Position numbers and translations under genes: made by a program. Of a stretch of 64,000 nt of DNA, positions 63,600 to 64,000 are shown one piece after another. The stretch spans positions 174,220,001 to 174,284,000 of the forward strand of contig OZ024741.1 of the NCBI GenBank assembly GCA_964016885.1. Direction: 5' to 3'. How positions within the stretch are numbered: the first letter of the stretch is position 1; every line of letters starts with the position of its first letter. The notes below the pieces were generated by a model. That model saw nothing but the letters and a program-made list of their open reading frames with translations, was not told the origin of the DNA and did not search any database. This DNA is from Eledone cirrhosa (taxonomy: Eukaryota).

Positions 63600-64000
63600 C
63601 TGCAGTGGATATACTTTAGCATATAATTTAAACCTTTCATTACCAAATTTCAATTATTTAATGAAGAATTTTAAAGGATTCACCAAAAATATTAATCACT
63701 AGAATTTTTTTCAACATGCTGCCGCGTATGTGTATATGTGTGTGTATGTGTGTGTGCATATGCATACATTTATATGTATGAATATATAAATATAAACGTG
63801 CAAACACAGACACACTTACAAAAATATACACTCGTAGACATATATTCACACAAATACACATACATTCACACAAACACACACATACATTTACGCAAACATA
63901 CACATACACTCACACACAGCATAGCAAATGGAACTCCAGCCACTGTTTTGCTATAGGTTTTCACCATCCCCTTCCTTCCTTTTACACACATATACATTCA

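Overview
This is AT-rich, repeat-dense eukaryotic (animal) DNA. The SINE, microsatellite and LINE content looks octopus/cephalopod-like, which is an inference. One host gene is recognisable: the 3' part of TEX9 on the minus strand, with six confident coding exons between 62186 and 35489 plus one candidate upstream exon. Its last intron holds a ~9.8 kb array of a 41-bp satellite with a 2739-bp higher-order period, bordered by Helitron-type 5' ends. Mobile elements are: an intact, very young Ty3/Gypsy element (2185-7894; apparently identical 402-bp LTRs, GAAC TSD, -1 gag-pol frameshift), a decayed autonomous Helitron (9040-15535), a full-length Tx1/L1-type LINE sitting in (TTA)n (28353-34243), RTE and R4/Dong LINE fragments, TTAA- and TA-type MITEs, and many tRNA-derived SINEs. 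The most notable region is 19.9-25.3 kb, a (TA)n-rich cluster of Penelope-like palindromes and repeats carrying at least nine type I hammerhead ribozyme motifs from three sequence families. It includes an ORF-less array of five apparently identical 310-bp units, each with one hammerhead, which fits a retrozyme that could produce a circular RNA. All coordinates were read by eye; no alignments, folding or database searches were run.
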